Positions 19,402 through 28,009 of a stretch of DNA of 64,000 bases are shown here, one piece after another. A program made the translations under genes and the position numbers. The stretch spans positions 98,473-162,472 of the IMG/VR virus record IMGVR_UViG_2878528002_000001; one strand, given 5' to 3'. The DNA comes from a virus (lineage: Duplodnaviria > Heunggongvirae > Uroviricota > Caudoviricetes). The notes under the pieces were generated by a model. It saw only the letters and a list, made by a program, of their open reading frames with translations, searched no databases and was not told where the DNA came from. Position 1 is the first letter of the stretch, and each line of letters starts with the position of its first letter.

Positions 19402-19720
19402 AACATAGGATTCGCGCATTCTCGTGACTTTAGTCATGAGTAATTCACACAGCCGACAGTTGTAGAAGTTGTTAAGACAGCCGAGAAAGAACCGGTTCCG
19501 GCAGCAGGTAAAGAACCTGAGATTCCAGATTTTATGAAACAAGAGGAATAAGATATAGCAACAATTCATTCAGTATTTGAGTCATTGCTGTATATTTCAT
19601 TTTTACCATTGTTAGGCACAATAATTTATGCTGCCGCAAAGGATAAGATCCGACCATTGTTCGTAGCCTCGGTAGTATCACTTGTTATGAACATTCTTGT
19701 TCAACTTACGAGGTGACAGC
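19402..19720 (+). other. GC-rich segment with coding-like remnants and no valid start (possible captured gene fragment)
   Basis: GC is visibly higher than in the flanks. It translates to ..PTVVEVVKTAEKEPVPAAGKEPEIPDFMKQEE* and to a transmembrane-like ..FESLLYISFLPLLGTIIYAAAKDKIRPLFVASVVSLVMNILVQL.., neither with an initiator codon. Confidence 0.35.
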
Positions 19721-20122
19721 ATGATCGGGACGTTAGAAGAAGTCATGAAGGATATGAAATATGGCGTACTTGATTTCACAAAGGACGGTAAATGCAGTGG
19801 TTGCGGACAATGTTGTAGCAACTACTTGCCAATATCCAGTAAAGAAATTAAAGAAATTAAACGTTACGTAAAGAATCGTCATATCACTGAACAGAAGCAT
19901 AATTATCCTTCAGTTGTGGCATTTGATCTTACTTGCCCGTTCCTGGATGATTCCAAAGAAAAAGAAAAATGTCTCATTTATCCAGTGAGATCTGAGATAT
20001 GCAGAGATTTTGTCTGCAACAATCCGAACGAGGCAATCAAAAACAAGAAACTTATGTATAAGAAGTACGCAGCAGTAGATATGCGAGAAATATTTTTTGG
20101 AGGCAACGGGAATGAACAATAA
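19721..20122 (+). CDS. YkgJ-family Fe-S/zinc CxxCxxCC protein
   Basis: CSGCGQCCSNYLP motif. ATG at 19721 preceded by AGGTGA. The annotated TTG at 19697 is unlikely to be the real start. Confidence 0.4.
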   Translation: MIGTLEEVMKDMKYGVLDFTKDGKCSGCGQCCSNYLPISSKEIKEIKRYVKNRHITEQKHNYPSVVAFDLTCPFLDDSKEKEKCLIYPVRSEICRDFVCNNPNEAIKNKKLMYKKYAAVDMREIFFGGNGNEQ

Positions 20123-20720
20123 AGAAATTTTAAAGAAAGTGAAGGAGCTTGTTGAACTTCTGGAAAAGCAGGAAGAAGCTGACAAAGTTGTGTTGTCAAC
20201 ACTGAAACGAGGAGATGTGTTTCAGACCACTGGAAAGCGTAAATACAAGGTTCTGGAACAGTATGGAGATACAACGAAAATTATTTCGCTTGATCTGGTG
20301 AAAGAAAATGTAGAGTTTGGTGATACCTCAGATTACAAAACATCAAACGTAAAGAAACTGTGTGACACTGAAATTCTGAAAGACTTCGAAGAAGAATTCG
20401 GGGCAGAAAATGTCGAAACACACACAGCAGATATTATCACTGCGGATGGACAGAAATTTGGGACTGTTGATTATAAAATCCGTCCAATTACATTTGATGA
20501 AGCACGAGAATACACAGATATTACACCGAACAATGATCTGAACGACTGGTATTGGACATTATCGCCATGGTCAACGGAAGAACGTGGATGGAAAAAAAGT
20601 ATTACCGTTGTTTCCCCTTCGGGCTTTGTCAGCAGCCACGGCTATTACTTCAGCGTAAGTGGTGTTCGCCCAGTTTGTATCTTAAAATCTAATATCTTTG
20701 TATCTAAGGTGGAGGAATGA
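20097..20720 (+). CDS. hypothetical protein, tandem paralog A (C-terminal ..LSPWST..VSPSGFV..GVRPVC.. domain)
   Basis: Shares a C-terminal domain of about 65 aa with 20717..21322. The two copies share identical DNA 23-mers (TTGTTTCCCCTTCGGGCTTTGTC). Confidence 0.5.
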   Translation: MEATGMNNKEILKKVKELVELLEKQEEADKVVLSTLKRGDVFQTTGKRKYKVLEQYGDTTKIISLDLVKENVEFGDTSDYKTSNVKKLCDTEILKDFEEEFGAENVETHTADIITADGQKFGTVDYKIRPITFDEAREYTDITPNNDLNDWYWTLSPWSTEERGWKKSITVVSPSGFVSSHGYYFSVSGVRPVCILKSNIFVSKVEE

Positions 20721-21322
20721 TTATGAAGAAAAATCTGAAATATTTTGAGGATGAATTATCCAGATTAAGTAAAGAGTTCGTAGAATTCAAGAAAAAGCAC
20801 ATCGGAAAGCCGGAAATCGGAAAAGCTATTGAACTTGCTGGTATGGAATGGCTGATTCTGGATAAGACAGAAAAAGGATATTTTGCCATTTTGAATGGAT
20901 TTGATGGAAAAGAAAGAACATTTGATTCAGCTTCAAATAACTGGATTTCAAGTAAACTGAGAAATGAGTTAAACACTCGTTTTCTTAAAAAAATTACGGA
21001 CGAGCTTGGAGAAGATGCAGTTATTGAGTTTGATCGAGATTTACTTTCTATGGACGGTCAGACAGAATATGCACATTGTAAAGATAAGATTTCGATTTTG
21101 ACGGTGGATGAATACCGAAAATACAGAAAAATCCTTCCAAATATGGATAAATGGTGGTGGCTGCTTACTCCATGGAGTACACCAGCAAATGATTACAGTA
21201 CAACAATTGCTATTGTTTCCCCTTCGGGCTTTGTCTGCAGCGTCAATTGCTTCTACGTTTATGGTGTTCGCCCAGTTTGCATCTTTTCTTCTTCAATCTT
21301 TGAATCAGGAAATGATGATTGA
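20717..21322 (+). CDS. hypothetical protein, tandem paralog B
   Basis: Same C-terminal domain as paralog A. ATGA overlap. Confidence 0.5.
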   Translation: MIMKKNLKYFEDELSRLSKEFVEFKKKHIGKPEIGKAIELAGMEWLILDKTEKGYFAILNGFDGKERTFDSASNNWISSKLRNELNTRFLKKITDELGEDAVIEFDRDLLSMDGQTEYAHCKDKISILTVDEYRKYRKILPNMDKWWWLLTPWSTPANDYSTTIAIVSPSGFVCSVNCFYVYGVRPVCIFSSSIFESGNDD

Positions 21323-21368
21323 TGGCGAATGAAGATTTAAAGGTAATAACAAATGTTAAACAGCACGT

Positions 21369-21391
21369 TTGGCAAGGCAAATTGCCAATTT
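21369..21391 (+). terminator. hairpin TTGGCAA-ggcaaa-TTGCCAA followed by TTT
   Basis: Perfect 7-bp inverted repeat after the stop of gene 20717..21322. Confidence 0.35.
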
Positions 21392-21437
21392 ACCAGAAAA
21401 AGATGAAATCGAAATTTCAAAGGGAGAAATATAAAGT

Positions 21438-21791
21438 ATGAGAAGATATGAATCAGCAAAATATCTGAGAATCACGATGTATGATAATGATTTCACTTAT
21501 TCACTCTTACAGTTGGCTGATATTTTGTACGAAATTTTTTGTATAACAAGATTTCCAGAAGACAACGATTTACCTATATTAAAAGATTATGTACAGCATT
21601 TGTGGTTTTCATTACATAATATTGATCGTCGAATGGAATACAAGAGTTGTAATGATTTTAAAGAAACTCATTTAAAAATATTTACGCCTCATTTGAAGTT
21701 TGTGGATTATTTAGATATTCCGGCTGAAGGGAACAATGACGCAGATGTATATATTCCAATGTTTGAAAATGCTGAAATTCTTAGAAGATAG
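21438..21791 (+). CDS. hypothetical protein
   Basis: ORF of 117 aa with an AGGGAGAAATATAAAGTATG RBS. Confidence 0.4.
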   Translation: MRRYESAKYLRITMYDNDFTYSLLQLADILYEIFCITRFPEDNDLPILKDYVQHLWFSLHNIDRRMEYKSCNDFKETHLKIFTPHLKFVDYLDIPAEGNNDADVYIPMFENAEILRR

Positions 21792-21794
21792 GAG

Positions 21795-22259
21795 ATGGTA
21801 TTGTTGTTGGACATTCAGGATCTTACACTACTTAAAATAACATATGTAAAAGAATGGCAAATCCGTTTTGATTATGGAGATGTCCATTATTTGCTGCATG
21901 GTACAGAAGAATTAGGAGAACCAGATAGACAAGAGCTTTATAAAAGAACCGTATTCCAAGATGGAAAATATGATCTTTATCATATCGCAACTCATTATGG
22001 GTCAGAAAATGTATGCAATGATTACATAAGAATAAGGAACAAGAGTAAAAAAGCATTTGGTTATTACGATAAAATTGTATATGGTCATATTGATAAAGAG
22101 TTTTTTGCTTATAAACTAACAAAACGAGGTTTTGCTTCTGGAATTATGGAGAATAAAGTAAAAGAAGAATCACAAAGAATAAGTAAGATTCAAAAACAAA
22201 TCATGGAACTTCAAAATCAGATTGACGAACTAAGACAACAGATAAATGATTATATCTAA
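21795..22259 (+). CDS. hypothetical protein with C-terminal coiled coil
   Basis: ORF of 154 aa. Confidence 0.4.
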   Translation: MVLLLDIQDLTLLKITYVKEWQIRFDYGDVHYLLHGTEELGEPDRQELYKRTVFQDGKYDLYHIATHYGSENVCNDYIRIRNKSKKAFGYYDKIVYGHIDKEFFAYKLTKRGFASGIMENKVKEESQRISKIQKQIMELQNQIDELRQQINDYI

Positions 22260-22264
22260 CATAA

Positions 22265-22876
22265 ATGAAACCGATATTTCAGGAGGAAAATATGAAAAGA
22301 CAGATTAGAAAAGGTGTTTATGAAACAAATTCTTCAAGTACACATGCGATTTGTATTACAAAAGAAAATGTAGAAAATAATGTAATTCCAAATCATATTG
22401 ATTTTTGCATCGGAGAATATGGTTGGGAATTTGAAGAATATAAGGATATCTATAATAAAGCTTCTTATTTAATTACCGCAATTCTATCATTTGAAAAAGA
22501 ATATGCAGATGAAAAATTAGAACAGTTAAAATCAATCCTGAATTCTTATGGAATTACTTACACTCTTCCAGATGTAAAAGTTCAGGCAACTGAATGGGAT
22601 GGAAAAACTTGTTATCACTATGATATAGACGGATACATTGATCATAGTGGTGAACTAAAACCTTTACTTGATGATTTGTTATCAGATTCGGATAAGTTAT
22701 TTAGATTTTTATTTGGAGAATCTCTTCTTATTACTGGAAACGATAATGGTTATGACTATAATGATAGAATGCGGATTGCTGAAGAAACAGAAGATGAGAG
22801 TTGGGGTAGTTATACAATATATGGTGATTTGAAACCTGAATTTGACAAATATGATATTTATGAAAAGAGGAATTAA
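22265..22876 (+). CDS. 'MKRQIRRGVFETNSSSxH' family protein, copy 1
   Basis: N-terminus MKRQIRKGVYETNSSSTHAICI. First of three tandem paralogs. Confidence 0.55.
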   Translation: MKPIFQEENMKRQIRKGVYETNSSSTHAICITKENVENNVIPNHIDFCIGEYGWEFEEYKDIYNKASYLITAILSFEKEYADEKLEQLKSILNSYGITYTLPDVKVQATEWDGKTCYHYDIDGYIDHSGELKPLLDDLLSDSDKLFRFLFGESLLITGNDNGYDYNDRMRIAEETEDESWGSYTIYGDLKPEFDKYDIYEKRN

Positions 22877-22878
22877 AC

Positions 22879-23592
22879 ATGAAGAGGCAAATTCGCAGAG
22901 GAGTTTTTGAATCAAATTCAAGTTCCATGCATGCATTATGTGTAATGAAAAAGAGTGAGCAATATACACCAGAAGAAATTTTAGACAGTTTATATTTGTA
23001 TGATGATTACGAGACTCAAGAAAAGGACTGTATTTGGGAGCCGCGAGAATCAAACATGGAATTTGGAAGAAGCCCATTTAAAGCAATTGGAACATTTGCA
23101 GATAAATGGTTATATGCTTGCGCATCAATGGTTGAAGAATATAACGACAATACTTATAAAGAACTCGAAAGAATTGCATTTAAATATATTCCTGGATTAA
23201 AGAAAATAGTGATGCCGTTTACATATGGATGCAATCTAAATAAAGATAATCCTAAAAATGATGGTGATATTCTTTGTAAAGAATGTGGAATGACAGAAGA
23301 TGAATTAATCGAATATCTCATGCAAAAAGAAGAAAAATGGGGTATAGAAATAAATTATTGGAAAGACAGAGATGGAGACTGGGGCTATCATGAACCATAT
23401 ACAGGACAGGTTGATGAAGATATTTTAAGTAGATTCCTAGAAACGGAGAATATTACATTAGAGGAATTTTTGATTAACAAGAAATATGTTGTGATTCAGG
23501 ACGGAGACGAATGTTGCGAATTCACAAAAATTAAGAAAACTGGATTAATTAATTTTGATGCAATTGATCATGAATATCCGGATAGAGAATAG
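22879..23592 (+). CDS. 'MKRQIRRGVFETNSSSxH' family protein, copy 2
   Basis: N-terminus MKRQIRRGVFESNSSSMHALCV. Confidence 0.55.
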   Translation: MKRQIRRGVFESNSSSMHALCVMKKSEQYTPEEILDSLYLYDDYETQEKDCIWEPRESNMEFGRSPFKAIGTFADKWLYACASMVEEYNDNTYKELERIAFKYIPGLKKIVMPFTYGCNLNKDNPKNDGDILCKECGMTEDELIEYLMQKEEKWGIEINYWKDRDGDWGYHEPYTGQVDEDILSRFLETENITLEEFLINKKYVVIQDGDECCEFTKIKKTGLINFDAIDHEYPDRE

Positions 23593-23605
23593 GAGAATAA
23601 AAAAT

Positions 23606-23899
23606 ATGAAGAGACAAATTAGACGTGGTGTATTTGAAACTAATTCATCAAGTGTGCATAGTTTAACAATGTGTACACAATCAGATTATGATAAATGGAA
23701 AAATGGAGAACTTATTTATGATTATTGGGAAGATAAATTAATTCCACTTGATGATACAGAATATCATGATGATGACAGATATTACACATATGATCGTTTT
23801 AATGAGTATGGCACACTTGATTATGAAACTTTTGAAGATACATTTACGACAGAAAATGGTGATACAGTAGTTGCATTTGGATATTACGGTCACGATTGA
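23606..23899 (+). CDS. 'MKRQIRRGVFETNSSSxH' family protein, copy 3 (short)
   Basis: N-terminus MKRQIRRGVFETNSSSVHSLTM. ATG at 23606 with an AGGAGAATAAAAAATATG RBS. Confidence 0.5.
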   Translation: MKRQIRRGVFETNSSSVHSLTMCTQSDYDKWKNGELIYDYWEDKLIPLDDTEYHDDDRYYTYDRFNEYGTLDYETFEDTFTTENGDTVVAFGYYGHD

Positions 23900-23914
23900 T
23901 TAGGAGGATTAAGA

Positions 23915-24811
23915 ATGGGATTATTGGGAAGATATAAAAACGGTAACTTTGTGACAACTATTTTGAGTGATGGAACAAAAATTAGAGAAACAGAAGATGA
24001 TGAATTTATTCCTTTATTTGCTGAAAATATGGATATTAAAATTTGCAACTATTGTGATATGGGATGTAAATTTTGTCATGAAGGTAGCACAATAAATGGT
24101 AAATTTGGTAATATTTTAAATGAAAAATTTATTGATAGTTTACATCCATATCAAGAAGTTGCGATTGGAGGTGGAGATGCAACCAGTCATCCTGATTTAA
24201 CCCCGTTCTTACAAAAACTAAAAGAGAAAAAAGTGATTGCAAATATGACTGTTAATCAGATCCATTTTGAAAAGAAACAGGAATTAATCAAAAAGTTAGT
24301 CAACGAGAAATTAATCTATGGTCTTGGCGTTTCGCTAGTAAATCCCACAAAACATTTTATTGAACTTATAAAACAATATCCAAATGCAGTTATTCATGTG
24401 ATTAATGGAGTATTAAAACCATCTGATATAAAAGCATTAGAGAATAATAATTTAAAGATGTTAATTCTTGGGTATAAACATTTGCGTAGAGGTAATGAGT
24501 ATTTTGAAGAAGAACAGAATGATATTGAGACTAAGCAGCAATGGTTATATGAAAATCTTGAAGATATTATTCAGAAATTTCAAGTTGTAAGTTTCGATAA
24601 TCTTGCTATTGAGCAGTTGGATGTAAAAAGATTATTAACTCAGGAAGAATGGGATGAGTTTTATATGGGAGATGACGGATCAACAACTTACTATGTTGAC
24701 ATGGTAGAGCGAAAATTTGCAAGAAGTTCAACAGCTCATATGAATAAAAGATATGATTTACTTGATTCTGTCGATGATATGTTCAATGTGATTAGAATGG
24801 AGAATGATTAA
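23915..24811 (+). CDS. radical SAM domain protein (activase/QueE-like small subfamily)
   Basis: C-x3-C-x2-C in ICNYCDMGCKFCHEG and a Gly-rich SAM motif AIGGGDATSHPDL. RBS AGGAGGATTAAGAATG. Confidence 0.65.
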   Translation: MGLLGRYKNGNFVTTILSDGTKIRETEDDEFIPLFAENMDIKICNYCDMGCKFCHEGSTINGKFGNILNEKFIDSLHPYQEVAIGGGDATSHPDLTPFLQKLKEKKVIANMTVNQIHFEKKQELIKKLVNEKLIYGLGVSLVNPTKHFIELIKQYPNAVIHVINGVLKPSDIKALENNNLKMLILGYKHLRRGNEYFEEEQNDIETKQQWLYENLEDIIQKFQVVSFDNLAIEQLDVKRLLTQEEWDEFYMGDDGSTTYYVDMVERKFARSSTAHMNKRYDLLDSVDDMFNVIRMEND

Positions 24812-25078
24812 ATGGAATGGAGTAATAGAAAATATTTTCTTGTTAATTGCGGTGGGTGGTTGCATAATCTCTGGGTTTCTGAATTAAAAGGAATTAAATC
24901 TGTAAAAATTCACAATCCATATTCATGGAATATAAATCATAAAGGACATGAAAATTATATGGTAGGTGTAAATTCTTCTAAGGTAAATTCCGTTATAACA
25001 ATTTTCAATAATGCAAAGAAAGTAACCAATGGTAGATATTTATATAAAGAAATCACAAAAGAAATTGCAGGACAATAG
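24812..25078 (+). CDS. hypothetical protein
   Basis: ORF of 88 aa immediately after the radical SAM gene. Confidence 0.35.
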   Translation: MEWSNRKYFLVNCGGWLHNLWVSELKGIKSVKIHNPYSWNINHKGHENYMVGVNSSKVNSVITIFNNAKKVTNGRYLYKEITKEIAGQ

Positions 25079-25090
25079 TGGAGGTAAAAC

Positions 25091-25336
25091 ATGAAAGTGC
25101 TTAAAGATGAAATGCCAGATATTAATTGGAGGCAAACTTTTACAATTGAATTTTCGTTAAAGGAATTATTGATTTTATATGATGCGTTTTCAATGGTTTC
25201 GTTTGATTCACAAATAAGTGAATATAAAAACAAAGCAAATATTCCATACTCTATAAAAGAAAATGATAGTTTTTATAAGGATTTTGCGGATTTAGTAGAG
25301 AATAAAATAGATATAGAAAAATTACATAGAGAATGA
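25091..25336 (+). CDS. hypothetical protein
   Basis: ORF of 81 aa with a GGAGGTAAAACATG RBS. Confidence 0.4.
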   Translation: MKVLKDEMPDINWRQTFTIEFSLKELLILYDAFSMVSFDSQISEYKNKANIPYSIKENDSFYKDFADLVENKIDIEKLHRE

Positions 25337-25372
25337 AACGTTGCTTTCATATGAAAAATTTGAGGTGAAATT

Positions 25373-25843
25373 ATGATTTATAAATTAACATTAGGTGATT
25401 GGTCAGAGGATGGACATGGACAATATCGAGAATTCTTATTTGACTGTAACTATGACGTTCATAAGATCCGTCAGGCATATAAAGATAGTTGCAAAAAATT
25501 AGGGATTTCATTTAATCATAACTCCGATTATACAGAATTAGGGCTTCGTTTCAGAGATGAACGTCAGATATGGACTGAATATGAGGATGAGAACATAAGT
25601 GAATTTGCCTTTAATGTTTTAAAAACAGAAGGATGTCTTGATAATATTGATTATCATGAAGAAGATGGTGAATATTTTATTGAAGGATATTCTGAATGTG
25701 CAATACTCATTATGAATTTTATTGCATTATCCATGCCTAACGATTTCGAGTATAAACTGGTAGAAAAAGAAGACTACGAGCCTATTAATGGATGGTGGAA
25801 TGATGAATTGAACGAGCAATTTGGATATGGATTGTTTTATTAA
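25373..25843 (+). CDS. hypothetical acidic protein
   Basis: ORF of 156 aa with a GAGGTGAAATTATG RBS. Confidence 0.4.
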   Translation: MIYKLTLGDWSEDGHGQYREFLFDCNYDVHKIRQAYKDSCKKLGISFNHNSDYTELGLRFRDERQIWTEYEDENISEFAFNVLKTEGCLDNIDYHEEDGEYFIEGYSECAILIMNFIALSMPNDFEYKLVEKEDYEPINGWWNDELNEQFGYGLFY

Positions 25844-25855
25844 AAGGATTGTTTT

Positions 25856-26179
25856 ATGAATTTTTATAGAGAACTAACTTCTGACGAACAGGTGGTATAT
25901 AAATCACTTTTTCGTGGAGATAAAAGTAACTATGTTCCAGAAGAAATTAATGGAAAATCTGCTAATAGCTGCGACTATCATGCCATGACTCATGCTCATA
26001 CAGAAATATTAGGTGTTTTCTGCGACAATACTGCAACATCAGATCAGGAATTAAGAGAAATACTTACTATAGGACTTTCTGAATGGCGAAAAAGATGCCT
26101 AAATGCTGACTGTATATCTTGTGTGTGGTACAGACAACAAGAAAACCCATGTGAAATTTGTAATGATTGCTATGACTGA
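25856..26179 (+). CDS. Cys-rich hypothetical protein
   Basis: ORF of 107 aa. Confidence 0.4.
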   Translation: MNFYRELTSDEQVVYKSLFRGDKSNYVPEEINGKSANSCDYHAMTHAHTEILGVFCDNTATSDQELREILTIGLSEWRKRCLNADCISCVWYRQQENPCEICNDCYD

Positions 26180-26183
26180 TTTG

Positions 26184-26483
26184 ATGGAGAATAAAATGTG
26201 TGTATGTAAAAATGGATATGAATTACAAAAAGATTTGAAACCACCACAGCGTTGTCATTCTGATGAACAATGCTATATTGATTCATGTAAAGAATGTAGT
26301 GCTTACGATCACAGATATGACATTATTGATCAAGCAATTGAATCTGCGAAATGCAGAATTTACAGATTAAAAGCTAATCGAGGTGAAAGTTTTGCTCATC
26401 AGAACAAAGCAGAAAATCAAATTCAGCTTATGAATGTAACAATTGATGCACTTAAGTATTATAAAGAGAATCTATATATGTAG
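26184..26483 (+). CDS. Cys-rich hypothetical protein
   Basis: MENKMCVCKNG...CHSDEQCYIDSCKECSAY. Confidence 0.4.
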   Translation: MENKMCVCKNGYELQKDLKPPQRCHSDEQCYIDSCKECSAYDHRYDIIDQAIESAKCRIYRLKANRGESFAHQNKAENQIQLMNVTIDALKYYKENLYM

Positions 26484-26505
26484 AACAAAACAGGAGGAAG
26501 ATAAA

Positions 26506-27108
26506 ATGATGAATAATTTTTTAAATGGAATGTTTGGCAAAATCGGCAATGGAATGTGTAAATTATCTATGAGTGGCAATATTGCCGTCAAAACATCTAA
26601 TGGATACAAAAGCTACAATGTAAAGACTGGAAAACTCACAAATTGTGGCAACTTCGTATTTCCTGGTGTTGATGAGAATTTTTTCTTTGTGATTCCGACA
26701 AATAAGGTTACAAAAGGAGATATTATTCTTGTAAGTGGAAAACCAAGATGTGTCATTGAAACAGAAAAAAATCGAATTACAGTTATTAACTACGAGGATT
26801 CCACCATTGAAACAATTTTGCCTGAACGCCACATGTTTATGGGAAATACATATTTCTACGGAAAAATCGTTTCTATGTTCGGGAGCGATTTAAAAGGTAA
26901 GAACGGTGCAAATAAAATCTTCAAGTATATGATGATGTCTCAGATGATGGGTGGAAATAATACTTCCGGATTATCAACTGAAAGTAACGGCATGAATTCC
27001 ATGCTTCCATTTATGATGATGGGCGGCAATATGGGTGATATGTTTGATGGAATGTTTGACTTTGACGAAATTGAAGATACAGATGAAGTAGACGAGGAGG
27101 AAGAATAA
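26506..27108 (+). CDS. hypothetical protein with Met/Gly-rich C-terminal region (MMMGGN repeats) and acidic tail
   Basis: ATG at 26506 after AGGAGGAAGATAAAATG. The stop overlaps the start of the vWA gene. Confidence 0.45.
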   Translation: MMNNFLNGMFGKIGNGMCKLSMSGNIAVKTSNGYKSYNVKTGKLTNCGNFVFPGVDENFFFVIPTNKVTKGDIILVSGKPRCVIETEKNRITVINYEDSTIETILPERHMFMGNTYFYGKIVSMFGSDLKGKNGANKIFKYMMMSQMMGGNNTSGLSTESNGMNSMLPFMMMGGNMGDMFDGMFDFDEIEDTDEVDEEEE

Positions 27109-27109
27109 T

Positions 27110-27991
27110 ATGGGATGCGGATCATGGACAAGTAAATGCTTTACTGATTATTCACTAAGCAAAGGAATGGATGTTTCTACAAGCGGATCTATTTTAGGAA
27201 CATATTCAAATCAGGAGATGTTCAAATCTCGAAGCATTGATCCGGGGCTTTCTCCAATCCATGTCATGAGAGAATGCTGTGACAACGATGAACATCCAAA
27301 TACCGTCCCAGTGGTACTAGGCTTGGATGTGACAGGATCGATGGGTGATGCAGCAGTTGAAATTGCTAAGAAACTCAATGTAATTATGACAAAACTGTAT
27401 GAAAAAGTAACTGATGTTGAATTTATGATCATGGGTATTGGAGATTTGTCTTATGATAATTGTCCTATTCAGATTTCACAGTTTGAATCAGATATCAGAA
27501 TTGCGGAGCAGCTGGATAAACTTTATTTTGAGTTTGGTGGCGGCGGTAACAGATTTGAATCCTATACAGTAGCATGGTATATGGGATCTCGCCATACAAA
27601 ACTTGATTGTCTGTCTCGTGGTAAAAAAGGAATAATCATCACAATTGGAGATGAACAACTTAATCCTTATCTCCCGTTAAGAGGTAGATATTGTGGACTC
27701 GAAGATGCAACAGGTGATAAATTACAGACAGACATTGAAACAAAAGATCTTTACGATGAAACATCTAAAAAATTCAATATCTATCATCTGGATGTTCAGC
27801 ATGGACGAAGATGGGATGAAGATGAAATTGAAGCATCTTTTAAAAAATATCTCAAAGATAATCATTTCAGAAGAGTTTCTATGGACAGCATCGCAAATGA
27901 AATTGTAGATATTGTAGTCAGCGAAGTAGAGAATAATAAAACAGAAGAACCAGTAATTGCATCAGAAAATTCTGAAGGAATCATATGGTAA
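27110..27991 (+). CDS. von Willebrand factor A (vWA) domain protein
   Basis: MIDAS-like VVLGLDVTGSMGD, then Rossmann-like alternating hydrophobic strands. RBS GAGGAGGAAGAATAATATG. Confidence 0.6.
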   Translation: MGCGSWTSKCFTDYSLSKGMDVSTSGSILGTYSNQEMFKSRSIDPGLSPIHVMRECCDNDEHPNTVPVVLGLDVTGSMGDAAVEIAKKLNVIMTKLYEKVTDVEFMIMGIGDLSYDNCPIQISQFESDIRIAEQLDKLYFEFGGGGNRFESYTVAWYMGSRHTKLDCLSRGKKGIIITIGDEQLNPYLPLRGRYCGLEDATGDKLQTDIETKDLYDETSKKFNIYHLDVQHGRRWDEDEIEASFKKYLKDNHFRRVSMDSIANEIVDIVVSEVENNKTEEPVIASENSEGIIW

Positions 27992-28009
27992 GGTAGGAGA
28001 TCATAGAAG

